This document shows positions 14,184-25,990 of a stretch of DNA of 64,000 nt, in pieces (positions within the stretch are counted from its first letter, which is position 1; each line of letters opens with the position of its first letter). The translations under genes were made by a program, and so were the position numbers. Origin of the DNA: an uncultured Acidobacteriota bacterium (GTDB lineage: Bacteria > Acidobacteriota > JAQAZP01); contig CAWIIB010000001.1 in NCBI GenBank assembly GCA_963836075.1, forward strand, positions 2,144,001 through 2,208,000, read 5' to 3'. The notes under the pieces were generated by a model that made no database searches, was not told the DNA's origin, and was given only the letters and a program-made list of their open reading frames with translations.

Positions 14184-14212
14184 AAGGTACAGGGATTTCT
14201 TGCCGGCGTCAA
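14184..14212 (-). promoter_or_regulatory. sigma70-like promoter for the beta-helix gene
   Basis: TTGACG-17 nt-TACCTT. Confidence 0.5.
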
Positions 14213-14232
14213 GGGTGAAAAGCTGTTCCCGC

Positions 14233-15459
14233 TCAGTCCCCGCTCTGTTCAAAGCGCACCTTGAGATAGAGACGGCCCTTTTTGAGGAGGATCTCGGTTC
14301 CAGCGGTGCCGGGCAGTTCCGTTGACGGGTCGGTGACCTTCTCGCCGTCCACCGACACTCCGCCCTGCTTGATGATCTGCCGGGCCACGGAATTGGACTT
14401 GGTCAGGCCCACGCTGGTGAGCAGCTTGGGCAGCCAGACCGGGCTGCCGTCGGTGGCGTAGACCGCCTCTTCGATGTCCTGCGGGGTCTGCCGCTGACTG
14501 AACTGGCGGGAGAACTCGGCCTCGGCCTTTTCGCCGGCCCCCTCGCCGTGGAACTGGTCGACGATGGTGCGGCCGAGGCGTTTCTTGGCCTCCATGGGGT
14601 GCAGGGCGCCGGTGGCGGTGTCGCCCTTCATCTTTTCGATGTCGGTGAGGGGCAGGCTGGTCAGCAGCTCCCAGTAGCGCCACATCAGGTCGTCGCTGAT
14701 CGACATCAGCTTGCCGAACATCTCCTGGGGCGGTTCCTCCACCCCGACATAGTTGTTCAGCGACTTGCTCATCTTCTCCACACCGTCGAGGCCCTCGAGC
14801 AGCGGCACGGTGAGGACCACCTGGGGCTCCTGGCCGTACTCCCGCTGCAGGTCGCGTCCCAGCAGCAGGTTGAAGGTCTGGTCGGTGCCCCCCAGTTCCA
14901 CGTCGGCCTCCAGAAAGACCGAGTCGTAGCCCTGGGAGATGGGGTAGAGCAGTTCGTGCAGGGCGATGGGCTGCTGGGCGCCGTAGCGCTTGGTGAAGTC
15001 GTCCCGCTCCAGGATGCGGGCCACGGTGATCTTCGAGGCCAGGTTGATGAAACCCTCCGAACCCAGTTCGCCGAGCCAGCGGCTGTTGAAATCGATCACC
15101 GTGGTCTGCGGGTCGAGAACCTTGAAGGCCTGCTTCTTGTAGGTCTCGGCATTCTCCAGCACCGCTTCGCGGGTCAGCTGGGGCCGGGTCCTGGACTTGC
15201 CGCTGGGGTCGCCGATCATCCCGGTGAAGTCACCGATGAGAAAGACCACCCGGTGCCCACAGTCCTGGAAGTGGCGCATCTTGCTCAGCAGTACCGTGTG
15301 GCCCAGGTGGATATCCGGGGCCGAGGGGTCGAAGCCGACCTTCACCGTCAGCGGCTTGCCGGTCTTGCTCGAGCGCTCGAGCTTGGCCTTCAGTTCCTCG
15401 GGGCGGATGATCGCCTCGGTGCCGCGGGCCAGGTGGGCGTATTGTTCTTCCAGTGTCAT
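14233..15459 (-). CDS. tyrS: Tyrosine--tRNA ligase
   Basis: '[13 protein letters not shown]', 'GGTDQ', 'KMSKS' and C-terminal S4 domain; start could be 15471. Confidence 0.96.
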   Translation of the reverse strand: MTLEEQYAHLARGTEAIIRPEELKAKLERSSKTGKPLTVKVGFDPSAPDIHLGHTVLLSKMRHFQDCGHRVVFLIGDFTGMIGDPSGKSRTRPQLTREAVLENAETYKKQAFKVLDPQTTVIDFNSRWLGELGSEGFINLASKITVARILERDDFTKRYGAQQPIALHELLYPISQGYDSVFLEADVELGGTDQTFNLLLGRDLQREYGQEPQVVLTVPLLEGLDGVEKMSKSLNNYVGVEEPPQEMFGKLMSISDDLMWRYWELLTSLPLTDIEKMKGDTATGALHPMEAKKRLGRTIVDQFHGEGAGEKAEAEFSRQFSQRQTPQDIEEAVYATDGSPVWLPKLLTSVGLTKSNSVARQIIKQGGVSVDGEKVTDPSTELPGTAGTEILLKKGRLYLKVRFEQSGD

Positions 15460-15486
15460 CTGCCTGCACATCTCCTGTTTCTTCCG

Positions 15487-16101
15487 CTACTCCTGGCGGA
15501 TGCGAACAACCCTGCCCTCAACGGTGAGACGGTCTTCGAAATAGAGGCGCACCGCTTCGGTGTACGCCTGGTGTTCCTGGTCGATGATCCGGCCGGCCAG
15601 GGTGTCGGCATCATCCCCCTCCACCACCGGCACCGTCCGCTGGACGATGATTGGCCCGGCGTCCAGGTCCTCGTCGACGAAGTGCACCGTGCAGCCGGAG
15701 ACCTTCACCCCGTGGTCCAGGGCCTGCTGCTGGACGTGCAGCCCGGGGAAGGCGGGCAGCAGGGAGGGATGGATGTTGATGATCCGGTCGGAGAACGAAC
15801 GGACAAAGAACGGGCTGAGCAGCCGCATGAAGCCGGCAAGGCAGACCAGCTCCACTCCGCGTTCCTGGAGCGCCGCCACCACCGCCCGGTCGAACAGCTC
15901 CCGGGTGCCGAAGTCCTGGTGCCGGATGGCCAGGGTTTCGACTCCCCGGGCCGCGGCCAGTTCCAGCCCCGGGGCCTGGGCCCGGTTGCTGATCACCAGC
16001 GCGGGGCGGGCCGGGATGTCGCCCCGCAGGGCCGCATCCACCAGGGCCACCATGTTCGAGCCCCGTCCGGAGATCAGGATTGCGAACCGCCGCTCAGACA
16101 T
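15487..16101 (-). CDS. purN: Phosphoribosylglycinamide formyltransferase
   Basis: 'LISGRGSN', 'LAGFMR', 'NIHPSLLPAFPG', 'GCTVHFV...DAGPII'. Confidence 0.97.
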   Translation of the reverse strand: MSERRFAILISGRGSNMVALVDAALRGDIPARPALVISNRAQAPGLELAAARGVETLAIRHQDFGTRELFDRAVVAALQERGVELVCLAGFMRLLSPFFVRSFSDRIINIHPSLLPAFPGLHVQQQALDHGVKVSGCTVHFVDEDLDAGPIIVQRTVPVVEGDDADTLAGRIIDQEHQAYTEAVRLYFEDRLTVEGRVVRIRQE

Positions 16102-17155
16102 AGGTCACCCCGCCGGCGCCCTTCTCGATCCGCCCGATGACCGGGCACGGTTCCCCCCGGGACGCCAGGCCCGACACCACCTCAGCGGCGGCAGCCGGAT
16201 CGGCCACCACCGCCATGCCGATACCCATGTTGAAGGCCCGCATCATTTCCGCCCGTTCCACCTTGCCGGCCCGCTGGATGATTCCGAACACGGGGGGGAC
16301 CTCCCAGCTGGCGAGGTCGATCATTGCCTGGCAATCACCGGGCAGGACCCGGGGCAGGTTGTCGGTCAGACCGCCCCCGGTGATGTGGGCCAGCCCCTTG
16401 ATCAACCCGCGCTCCATCAGCGGCTCCAGCAGGGTGCGGTATTGCCGGTGGGTTTTGAGCAGTTCCTCGCCCACGGTGCAGCCCAGTTCCTCCACCTCGC
16501 TGTCCACGGTCAGGTCCAGCAGTTCGAAGAAGACCTTGCGGGCCAGCGAGTAGCCGTTGGTGTGCAGGCCGCTGGAGAGCAGGCCCAGCACCACGTCACC
16601 CGGCCGGATGGCCGAACCGTCCAGCAGGCGGTCCCGGGTCACCTCGCCGACGATGAAGCCGGCCAGGTCGTATTCACCAGGCCCGTAAAAATCTGGCATC
16701 TCGGCGGTCTCACCGCCGATCAGGGCGCAGCGCGCCTCCTTGCACCCCTCCACCAGCCCCTGAACCACGGAAACCATCGTGTCCGGATCCAGATCGCCGG
16801 TGGCCAGGTAGTCCATGAAGAACATCGGCATGGCGCCCTGGACCAGGATGTCGTTCACGCAGTGGCAGACCAGGTCCTGGCCCACGGTGTGATGCACACC
16901 GGTGAGGAAGGCGATTTTCAGCTTGGTCCCCACGCCGTCAGCACTGGAGACCAGGATGCGGTCACGAGCCGGTCCGTCGCCAAAGGGCTGGTAGAGCGCG
17001 CCAAAGGCGCCGATGTCGGTGAGCACCCGCGAGTCGAAGGTCTCGCGCACCATCCCCTTGATCCGGGCCAGGGCCTCGTCCTGGGCATCGATGTCCACCC
17101 CGGCATCGCGGTAGGTCAGCCCGCCGGTCTGTTTCCCCGCATCATCGTCCTTCAT
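16094..17155 (-). CDS. purM: Phosphoribosylformylglycinamidine cyclo-ligase
   Basis: 'YRDAGVDI', 'DGVGTK', 'GGETAEMP', 'AHITGGG', 'FNMGIG'. Confidence 0.97.
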   Translation of the reverse strand: MKDDDAGKQTGGLTYRDAGVDIDAQDEALARIKGMVRETFDSRVLTDIGAFGALYQPFGDGPARDRILVSSADGVGTKLKIAFLTGVHHTVGQDLVCHCVNDILVQGAMPMFFMDYLATGDLDPDTMVSVVQGLVEGCKEARCALIGGETAEMPDFYGPGEYDLAGFIVGEVTRDRLLDGSAIRPGDVVLGLLSSGLHTNGYSLARKVFFELLDLTVDSEVEELGCTVGEELLKTHRQYRTLLEPLMERGLIKGLAHITGGGLTDNLPRVLPGDCQAMIDLASWEVPPVFGIIQRAGKVERAEMMRAFNMGIGMAVVADPAAAAEVVSGLASRGEPCPVIGRIEKGAGGVTYV

Positions 17156-17159
17156 TGGC

Positions 17160-18578
17160 TCACCCTCTGGTCTCGAACGACGTCGGCTCGTCGAACTGGT
17201 CGCCCGGCGGTTTCACCGGATAGTCGCCGGTGAAGCAGGAGGTGCAGAACGGCGCCCCGCCATTCTCGGCCTCCACCGACTGCAGCATGCCCTCGATGCT
17301 CAGGTAGCCCAGCGAATCGACGCCGAGGTACGTTTCGATCTCCTCCACCGAGTGGGAGGAGGCAATCAGTTCCCGGCGGGTGGGCGTGTCGATGCCGTAG
17401 TAGCAGGGCGAGATGATCGGCGGCGAGCTGATCATCAGGTGCACCTCCCGCGCGCCGGCCTGGCGCACCATCTTGATGATCTTGCGGCTGGTGGTGCCGC
17501 GGACGATGGAGTCGTCCACCAGGATCACCCGCCGGCCCTCGATCAGTCCCCGCACCGGGTTGAGTTTGATCTTCACCCCGAAGTGGCGGATCGACTGTTT
17601 CGGTTCGATGAAGGTGCGCCCCACGTAGTGGTTGCGCACCAGGGCGAACTTCACCGGGATGCCCGACTGCTTGGAATAGCCCAGGGCGGCGTAGACCCCG
17701 GAATCGGGCACCGGGATCACCATGTCGGCGTCCACCGGGTGCTCCCGGGCCAGGGTTTCCCCCAGCCGGTGACGGCTGAAATCCACGTGGCGGTCGAAGA
17801 TGGTGCTGTCCGGCCGGGCGAAGTAAATGTGCTCGAAGACGCAGTGCTTCGGCTCGCGGCGGGGGAAGGGGAAGGACGCTTCCACGCCCTGGCGGTCCAC
17901 CACCACCATCTCTCCCGGCGCCACCTCGCGCAGCAGGTCGGCATCGATCAGGTCGAGGGCGGTGGTCTCGCTGGCAAAGACCGTGGACTTGCCCAGACGG
18001 CCCATGACCAGCGGGCGGAACCCGTGGGGGTCGCGGACGGCGATCATCTTGTCCCGGGTCATGAAGAGCAGCGAGTAGGCCCCCTCGACCTGGCTCAGGG
18101 CGTCGATGATGGCCCGTTCCATGGTCTCCTCCCGCGAGCGGGCGATGAGGTGCAGCACCACCTCGCTGTCCGAGGTGGACATGAAGATGGCGCCCTGCTT
18201 CTCCAGGTCGTCGCGGATCTGGAAGGCGTTGACCAGGTTGCCGTTGTGGCCGAGCGATATCTGCCCCCGGTGACAGCTGATCATGATCGGCTGGGCGTTG
18301 CCCACCATGCTCGACCCGGCCGTGGAGTAGCGCACGTGTCCGATGGCCATGTGGCCCTTCAGCGCCAGCAGGTTTTCCTCGTTGAACACCTCGGCCACCA
18401 GGCCCATCCGGCGCTCAAGTTTGAGCTCCCTGCCGTTGGAAGAGCAGATCCCGGCGCTCTCCTGGCCCCGGTGCTGCAGCGCATAGAGTCCGAGATAGGT
18501 CAGGTTGGACGCCTCGGGGTGATCATAGAGCCCGAACACGCCGCACTCGTCGTGGAACCGGTCATCGTCGAAGGGCAT
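17160..18578 (-). CDS. purF: Amidophosphoribosyltransferase
   Basis: Propeptide + 'ECGVFG', 'LQHRGQE', 'VDDSIVRGTT', 'YGIDTP'. Confidence 0.97.
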   Translation of the reverse strand: MPFDDDRFHDECGVFGLYDHPEASNLTYLGLYALQHRGQESAGICSSNGRELKLERRMGLVAEVFNEENLLALKGHMAIGHVRYSTAGSSMVGNAQPIMISCHRGQISLGHNGNLVNAFQIRDDLEKQGAIFMSTSDSEVVLHLIARSREETMERAIIDALSQVEGAYSLLFMTRDKMIAVRDPHGFRPLVMGRLGKSTVFASETTALDLIDADLLREVAPGEMVVVDRQGVEASFPFPRREPKHCVFEHIYFARPDSTIFDRHVDFSRHRLGETLAREHPVDADMVIPVPDSGVYAALGYSKQSGIPVKFALVRNHYVGRTFIEPKQSIRHFGVKIKLNPVRGLIEGRRVILVDDSIVRGTTSRKIIKMVRQAGAREVHLMISSPPIISPCYYGIDTPTRRELIASSHSVEEIETYLGVDSLGYLSIEGMLQSVEAENGGAPFCTSCFTGDYPVKPPGDQFDEPTSFETRG

Positions 18579-18641
18579 TGGAGCACCCTCTCCTGTAGCC
18601 GTCCGGTCACCCGCGGGGCAACCGGAAACCGGCAGATTTAT

Positions 18642-20872
<2,231 letters not shown>

Positions 20873-20876
<4 letters not shown>

Positions 20877-21628
20877 GATCGGTCCTGCCCGTTCCTGGTT
20901 ATGTCGCCGTGACCGGTTCCGTTGCGGCCCAGCCAGGCGACGATGGATTCAAAGACCTTGCGGCCCTGCCCGCCGGAAAACGCCGGCTCGCAGACCCGCT
21001 CGGGGTGGGGCATCATCCCCAGCACGTTCCCCGCCTCGTTGCAGATGCCGGCGATGTCGTCCAGCGCCCCGTTGGGGTTCGCCTCGCCGGGGCTCAGGTC
21101 ATCCAGCGCGCTGTAGCGAAAGACCACCTGCCCGTTGGCGCGCAAACGCTCCAGGCCCTGGGGGTCGATGAAATAGGACCCCTCGTTGTGGGCCACCGGG
21201 ACACGCATCACCTCCCCGGTGTCGCAGGCGCAGCTGAACGGGGTCCGGTTGTTTTCCACCCGGACCCCCACCTCGCGGCAGACGAACTTGACGCTGCTGT
21301 TCCGCAGCAGGGCGCCCGGAAGCAGACCGGCCTCCAGCAGGATCTGGAACCCGTTGCAGATGCCGATCAGCAGGCCGCCGGCGGCGGCATGCCGTTCCAC
21401 GGCGCTCATGATCGGGGAAAAGCGGGCCACGGCCCCGCTGCGCAGGTAGTCGCCGTAGGAGAACCCCCCGGGGAGCACAACACAGTCATACCCGTCCAGC
21501 GACGTTTCCCGGTGCCAGACGAACTCGGCTTCACAGCCCATGACATGCTTCACCGCATAATAGGCGTCATGATCACAGTTCGACCCGGGGAAGACCACCA
21601 CACCGAATCTCGGTTTTTTCGTTTCCAT
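20873..21628 (-). CDS. purQ: Phosphoribosylformylglycinamidine synthase subunit PurQ
   Basis: 'FPGSNCD', '[11 protein letters not shown]', 'GICNGFQ', 'MMPHPER'. Confidence 0.97.
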
Positions 21629-21684
21629 CCAGATCTCTCCAGGGTTCGCCGGCGCCGCCGGTCCCGCGGCGCCGCGGGCCGCGG

Positions 21685-21930
21685 TCACTCCGCCAGCTCG
21701 AAGCGGTAGTTCTCGATAACGGTGTTGGCCAGCAGCTTGCGGCACATCTCGTCGGCCTGCCGTTCCAGCTCTTCGCCGGACAGGTCGCCGGCAAGGTCGA
21801 TCTCGAGATACTTTCCCTGCCGGACCTGCTCCACGCTGTCAAAGCCCAGGGCGTGCAGCGAGTTCATCACTGCCCGCCCCTGGGGGTCGAGCACTCCCGG
21901 TTTCAGTGTCACATAGACGCGAAGTTTCAT
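21685..21930 (-). CDS. purS: Phosphoribosylformylglycinamidine synthase subunit PurS
   Basis: '[10 protein letters not shown]', '[10 protein letters not shown]'. Confidence 0.96.
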   Translation of the reverse strand: MKLRVYVTLKPGVLDPQGRAVMNSLHALGFDSVEQVRQGKYLEIDLAGDLSGEELERQADEMCRKLLANTVIENYRFELAE

Positions 21931-21954
21931 TTATCTCTCCCAGTAGTCCAGGGG

Positions 21955-22743
21955 CTAGAAAAGTTCCACGGTATCGCTGGGCCGGTCCTGCCAGGTCATC
22001 CTGACCCCGGTCTCGGCGCCCTTGTTGCGCAGCGCCTGCCGCGAGCAGAAGCTGGCCAGTTCTCTCTCGTTGTTCTCCTGGCTGATGTGGGCCAGGAAGA
22101 GTTCCCTCGGCTGCTTGCCCTCGATTTCGGCAAGGTATCGGGCCAGGGCATCGTTGGAGAGGTGCCCCTTCCCGCTGAGAATCCGCTGTTTGAGATACCA
22201 GGGGTACGGACCCTTTTTCAGCATCTCCAGGTCGTGGTTGCTCTCCAGCACCAGGATGTCGCTGTTCTTCAGCAGCGCCCCGGCCCCGGGGTCCACCATG
22301 CCCAGGTCGGTGGCGTAGCCGAGCACGCTCCCCCGGCAGGTCACCGACAAGCCCACCGGCTGGGCCGCATCGTGGGATACCGGAAAAGGCAGCACCTGGA
22401 ACGGCCCGGTGTTGAATACCGTTCCCGGCGCGATGCTCCGGATTTCCGTGTCCACATCGGCAAGCTGCCGCCCCAGGGCCTGCCGGGTCCCCGGGGTGAG
22501 ATAGAGCGCGGGCCCGAATTTTCGGACAAAAACGCGCAGGCCGCGGACATGGTCCGCGTGCTCGTGGGTCACCACCACGGCGCTCACCGCGGACGGGTCC
22601 ACCCCCACCTGCCCCAGCCGTTTCACCACCTCGCGGCAACTGAACCCGACGTCGATGAGCAGTGCCTCGCTCCCCGCGTCGAGCACCGAACAATTGCCCC
22701 GACTGCCGCTGCCCAGAACCGTAAATGTCGCCTTGCGCTCGAT
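21955..22743 (-). CDS. MBL-fold metallo-hydrolase (YycJ/WalJ-like), apparent ATC start
   Basis: 'LGSGSRGN', 'THEHADH', 'SHDA', 'ESNHD', 'GHLSN', 'AHISQENN'; GAGGAG 5 nt before ATC at 22743. Confidence 0.88.
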   Translation of the reverse strand: MERKATFTVLGSGSRGNCSVLDAGSEALLIDVGFSCREVVKRLGQVGVDPSAVSAVVVTHEHADHVRGLRVFVRKFGPALYLTPGTRQALGRQLADVDTEIRSIAPGTVFNTGPFQVLPFPVSHDAAQPVGLSVTCRGSVLGYATDLGMVDPGAGALLKNSDILVLESNHDLEMLKKGPYPWYLKQRILSGKGHLSNDALARYLAEIEGKQPRELFLAHISQENNERELASFCSRQALRNKGAETGVRMTWQDRPSDTVELF

Positions 22744-22756
22744 GGCGGCTCCTCTT

Positions 22757-23215
22757 CTAGTCCAGCCCGGTGCTCCCGAATCCCCCCGCTCCCCTCTCGG
22801 TCTCTTCCAGCGATTCCACCTCTTCCAACCGGACCAGGGGGACCGGCTTGACCACCATCTGGGCGATCCGGTCGCCACGGCGGATGACAAAGGTGTTGTC
22901 GCCGCCGTTGAACAGGATCACCGCCACTTCACCGCGATAGTCGGCATCGATGGTTCCAGGGGAATTGGGGACGAGGATCCGGCTGTTCAGCGCCAGCCCG
23001 CTGCGCGGCCTGATCTGGGCCTCGAACCCCGGGGGAACAGCGATTTTCAGCCCGGTGGGAACACTGGCCGTGGCCCCGGGTTCGATGCGCAGTTCACTGT
23101 CCACGGCGGCACGGAGATCCATCCCGGCGCACTGGGCCGTGGCCCTGGCGGGCAGGGGCAGGTCCCTGGCCGCAGCCAACCGCTGGACCTTCACCGTGAC
23201 AAAGCTATGCTCCAT
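22757..23215 (-). CDS. dut: dUTP diphosphatase
   Basis: 'AGMDLRA', 'RPRSGLA', '[10 protein letters not shown]', 'RIAQ', '[10 protein letters not shown]'. Confidence 0.96.
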   Translation of the reverse strand: MEHSFVTVKVQRLAAARDLPLPARATAQCAGMDLRAAVDSELRIEPGATASVPTGLKIAVPPGFEAQIRPRSGLALNSRILVPNSPGTIDADYRGEVAVILFNGGDNTFVIRRGDRIAQMVVKPVPLVRLEEVESLEETERGAGGFGSTGLD

Positions 23216-23353
23216 GCCGGACCACGTTACAGCCCGCCCCCGGCACCCGGAAAAAAGAGGTGCGGCGACCGGGCTGCTCAAATCGAAGAGGAAATCGACT
23301 CCCGGAGCAGACCGGGCGCGGCTCCCCAAGTCGATCTGGAGAATGAAAGCGGA

Positions 23354-23382
23354 ATTATATCGGAAGGATCAAACCTCATCAA
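23354..23382 (-). promoter_or_regulatory. sigma70 promoter of dut-pur-tyrS operon
   Basis: TTGATG-17 nt-TATAAT. Confidence 0.7.
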
Positions 23383-23453
23383 TCCCAAACCCGGGATCGA
23401 GGTGTGGGCCGAGCTCCCGTGAAAGAACCGCTGCGGGAGTCCGTGGGGCGCGT

Positions 23454-24968
23454 CTATCCCCCACCGCCAAAGCCGCCACCGCCGCCGGCGCCACCCCCAC
23501 CACCGCCGCCGCCGCCACCGGCACCGCCGCCACCCTGGCCACGGTCGGGAAGTTGGAACCCGCCGCGACCGCCGCCGCCCCTGCCCGTCTCTTTGCCCTT
23601 GTCATCCCTGCGGGACTCGTCCTTTTCCTTGCCCTGGCCAAAGCCGCCGGGCGGAACCTTGACCGGTGCGCCACTGCCCTGGGCAGCATCACCGCCCAAC
23701 CTCGTCGGGGGCTGGCCTCCACGGCCACCGGCGCCGCCGGCCCGACGTTCGGGCATTTGCTCGACCTTGAAAATCCACTGGTCATAGGTGGACTGGCCGT
23801 TGTATTCGCGGATCGCACTATCCGGGCTGCGGGAGCGAACCCCGATGATCGGCCGGGCATTGAGCACGATATCTTCCTGGGTGCCCTGCAAACTCTCATA
23901 GGGGTTGAGCATCGCGCTATCCTGATTGCCGAAGAGATCACCCGATTTGCCGAAAATATCGTCCAGGCCGCTGCCGTTTCCGCCACCGCGATTACCTGAA
24001 CCGCCACCACCGCCAAAGGGATCGTTGGGATTGCGGCCACCGCCGCCATTGAAACCGCCACCACCGCCACCGCCGGAGAATCCACCACCGCCGCCGCCGT
24101 TGAAACCACCACCGCCGCCGCCGTTGAAACCACCTCCGCCCTGGCGGGAACCGCCGCCTGACTGGTGGGTCTGCTGGCCACCGGCAAAGGCCGCCTGGCC
24201 AAAGGATGCCGTCGGACCGATGTCGGTCCCCGGGTTCGAACCGTGAAGGAAGGTGGCCCCGGGGGACGACCAGGCCGGAGCAGGATTCAGACCACCGGAC
24301 ATCTCACCGCCATGGGGTTGAGTGAACGCCTGGTTCCCTGGTGTCTCCAGGCCGCCGGCTCCCGGTCCGTTCAAACCGCCGCCGCCGGGGAAATTGCCGC
24401 CGCCGTCCGGGGGAGAGGTTCCCCGGCCTCCGCCCAGCCCGCCGCCGCCTCCGCCTCGCCCCCCTCCGGCGCCACCGCCGGCAAAGGGATCGTTGCCTCT
24501 GCGGCCGCCGCCAAAGGGATCATCGCCGCCGGCGGGCGGATTGAACCCTGAACCCTCACCGGGGTTGAGCCCGCCGCCTCCGCCCCCGCGAAGGCCGCCC
24601 ATTGAAAGAGCATTGGCCCCGGCGGCGCCTCCCCGCTGGCTGGTGATCTTGGGCGGGCCGTTGTGGGAGGCGAAGATCAGGATCCAGCGGCCGTCCTCCA
24701 TCATCGGGTCGGTCCAGAGCTTGCGGACGAACCGCCGGCCATCGATCTCATTGAGTTCATCAAGGGAGAGGGGATAGCGGTTGTACTTGCCGTAAAAGCG
24801 GATGATCGCGTCCACATACTGCTCACCGCGGAAGATCAGCTCCTCCTCCCGGTCCCGCTGGACCACGGTGTGCCAGACCGGCATCGCCGCGCCGAGCAGG
24901 ATCAGCAGCACGGCGATCCCCACCATCAGGGCGACGATGCTGAACCCGCTGTCCTTACCACTCTTCAT
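23454..24968 (-). CDS. Type II secretion pseudopilin-like protein with very long Gly-rich insertion and tail
   Basis: 'G|FSIVALMVGIAVLLILLGAAMP' prepilin helix lacking Glu5; 'QRDREEELIFRGEQY', 'RFVRKLWTDPM', 'IIGVRS...YDQWIF'. Confidence 0.82.
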   Translation of the reverse strand: MKSGKDSGFSIVALMVGIAVLLILLGAAMPVWHTVVQRDREEELIFRGEQYVDAIIRFYGKYNRYPLSLDELNEIDGRRFVRKLWTDPMMEDGRWILIFASHNGPPKITSQRGGAAGANALSMGGLRGGGGGGLNPGEGSGFNPPAGGDDPFGGGRRGNDPFAGGGAGGGRGGGGGGLGGGRGTSPPDGGGNFPGGGGLNGPGAGGLETPGNQAFTQPHGGEMSGGLNPAPAWSSPGATFLHGSNPGTDIGPTASFGQAAFAGGQQTHQSGGGSRQGGGGFNGGGGGGFNGGGGGGFSGGGGGGGFNGGGGRNPNDPFGGGGGSGNRGGGNGSGLDDIFGKSGDLFGNQDSAMLNPYESLQGTQEDIVLNARPIIGVRSRSPDSAIREYNGQSTYDQWIFKVEQMPERRAGGAGGRGGQPPTRLGGDAAQGSGAPVKVPPGGFGQGKEKDESRRDDKGKETGRGGGGRGGFQLPDRGQGGGGAGGGGGGGGGGAGGGGGFGGGG

Positions 24969-25488
24969 AACTGCTGCCATCCAGCGCCACACCCTTGTGC
25001 CCGCTGCGTACGTCCCAGATCCCGGGGCCGGTATCGTACTCGTCATCGCCCCAGGCCGAGTCGTAGTTGTTGTAGTCGTCATACCTGTCGTTGTCGTAGC
25101 TGTCGTTACCCCAGCTGTCGTTGCCCCAGGTATCCTCGTCCTCTTCTTCGCGCGGCTGGTACTCGATCTCGATCCACGATTCGTTGGTTTCGGTGAAGGG
25201 GTCTCTGGGAACCTCACGCAGGTAGCCGGCCTCCACGAGGGAGTTGAGCGAGGAGGGGTACTTGCCCCGGTCGGCATTGTACTGGTTGATGCACTCGCGC
25301 ATGTGATACAGGTCCTGCTTCAGCGCGGCCTCCCTGGCCTTGGTCACCGAATGGCGGTAGACCAGCGCGGCCGTGCTGGTGAGGATGCCGATGATCGCCA
25401 TGACGATCAGCAGCTCCATCAGGGTGAACCCCTGCTGCCCCCTCTTGTTGACCAGTCTGGATATCACGGTCCGCCTCCGGATCACCAA
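24955..25488 (-). CDS. GspG-like pseudopilin
   Basis: 'G|FTLMELLIV', 'KAREAALKQDL', 'YPSSLNSLVEAGYLREVPRDPFT', 'DVRSG...ALDGSSYEEW'. Confidence 0.88.
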   Translation of the reverse strand: MVIRRRTVISRLVNKRGQQGFTLMELLIVMAIIGILTSTAALVYRHSVTKAREAALKQDLYHMRECINQYNADRGKYPSSLNSLVEAGYLREVPRDPFTETNESWIEIEYQPREEEDEDTWGNDSWGNDSYDNDRYDDYNNYDSAWGDDEYDTGPGIWDVRSGHKGVALDGSSYEEW

Positions 25489-25961
25489 TCTTTATAATAG
25501 GTGCCGTCCAGCGCCTTGCCCTCGCTCAGCGAATAGACGTCGAATACATTTTCCCGGCCCCACGAATCGGAGTCTGCCTCGTCCTGGTACGACCGCAACC
25601 CCCACTCGCCGGCAGGGTTGAACGGGTCGCGGGGCAACCTCCTGAGAAACTTGATCTTGCGATCAATCTGGCCCACCTCCTCGACCCCCTCCACCAGCAT
25701 TTCCAGTTCCAGCGGGTAGCCTTCCGAGTCGAGGTCCTCGACGATAACCCGCCCGGCATCGGTGGCGGTCTTGTATTCGTCGATGGCCCGCCGTATTTCA
25801 CGCAGCGCCGCCTTCAGTTCAATCTCCTTCTGCCGTTTGACCGCAATGCGGGTCAGCGGAATGGTGGCCGCGGCCAGGACCATGATGATCCCGACACAGA
25901 CCATCAACTCGATAAAGCTGACTCCGCGATCGCCAGGCTCCCGTCTGCTGTGCATCAACAC
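25482..25961 (-). CDS. GspG-like pseudopilin
   Basis: 'G|VSFIELMV', 'KEIELKAALREIRRAID', 'KFLRRLPRDP', 'WGLRSYQD', 'ALDGTYYKDW'. Confidence 0.88.
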   Translation of the reverse strand: MLMHSRREPGDRGVSFIELMVCVGIIMVLAAATIPLTRIAVKRQKEIELKAALREIRRAIDEYKTATDAGRVIVEDLDSEGYPLELEMLVEGVEEVGQIDRKIKFLRRLPRDPFNPAGEWGLRSYQDEADSDSWGRENVFDVYSLSEGKALDGTYYKDW

Positions 25962-25990
25962 CGCTCTCTACCACCATCCCCCCGCCGCCT

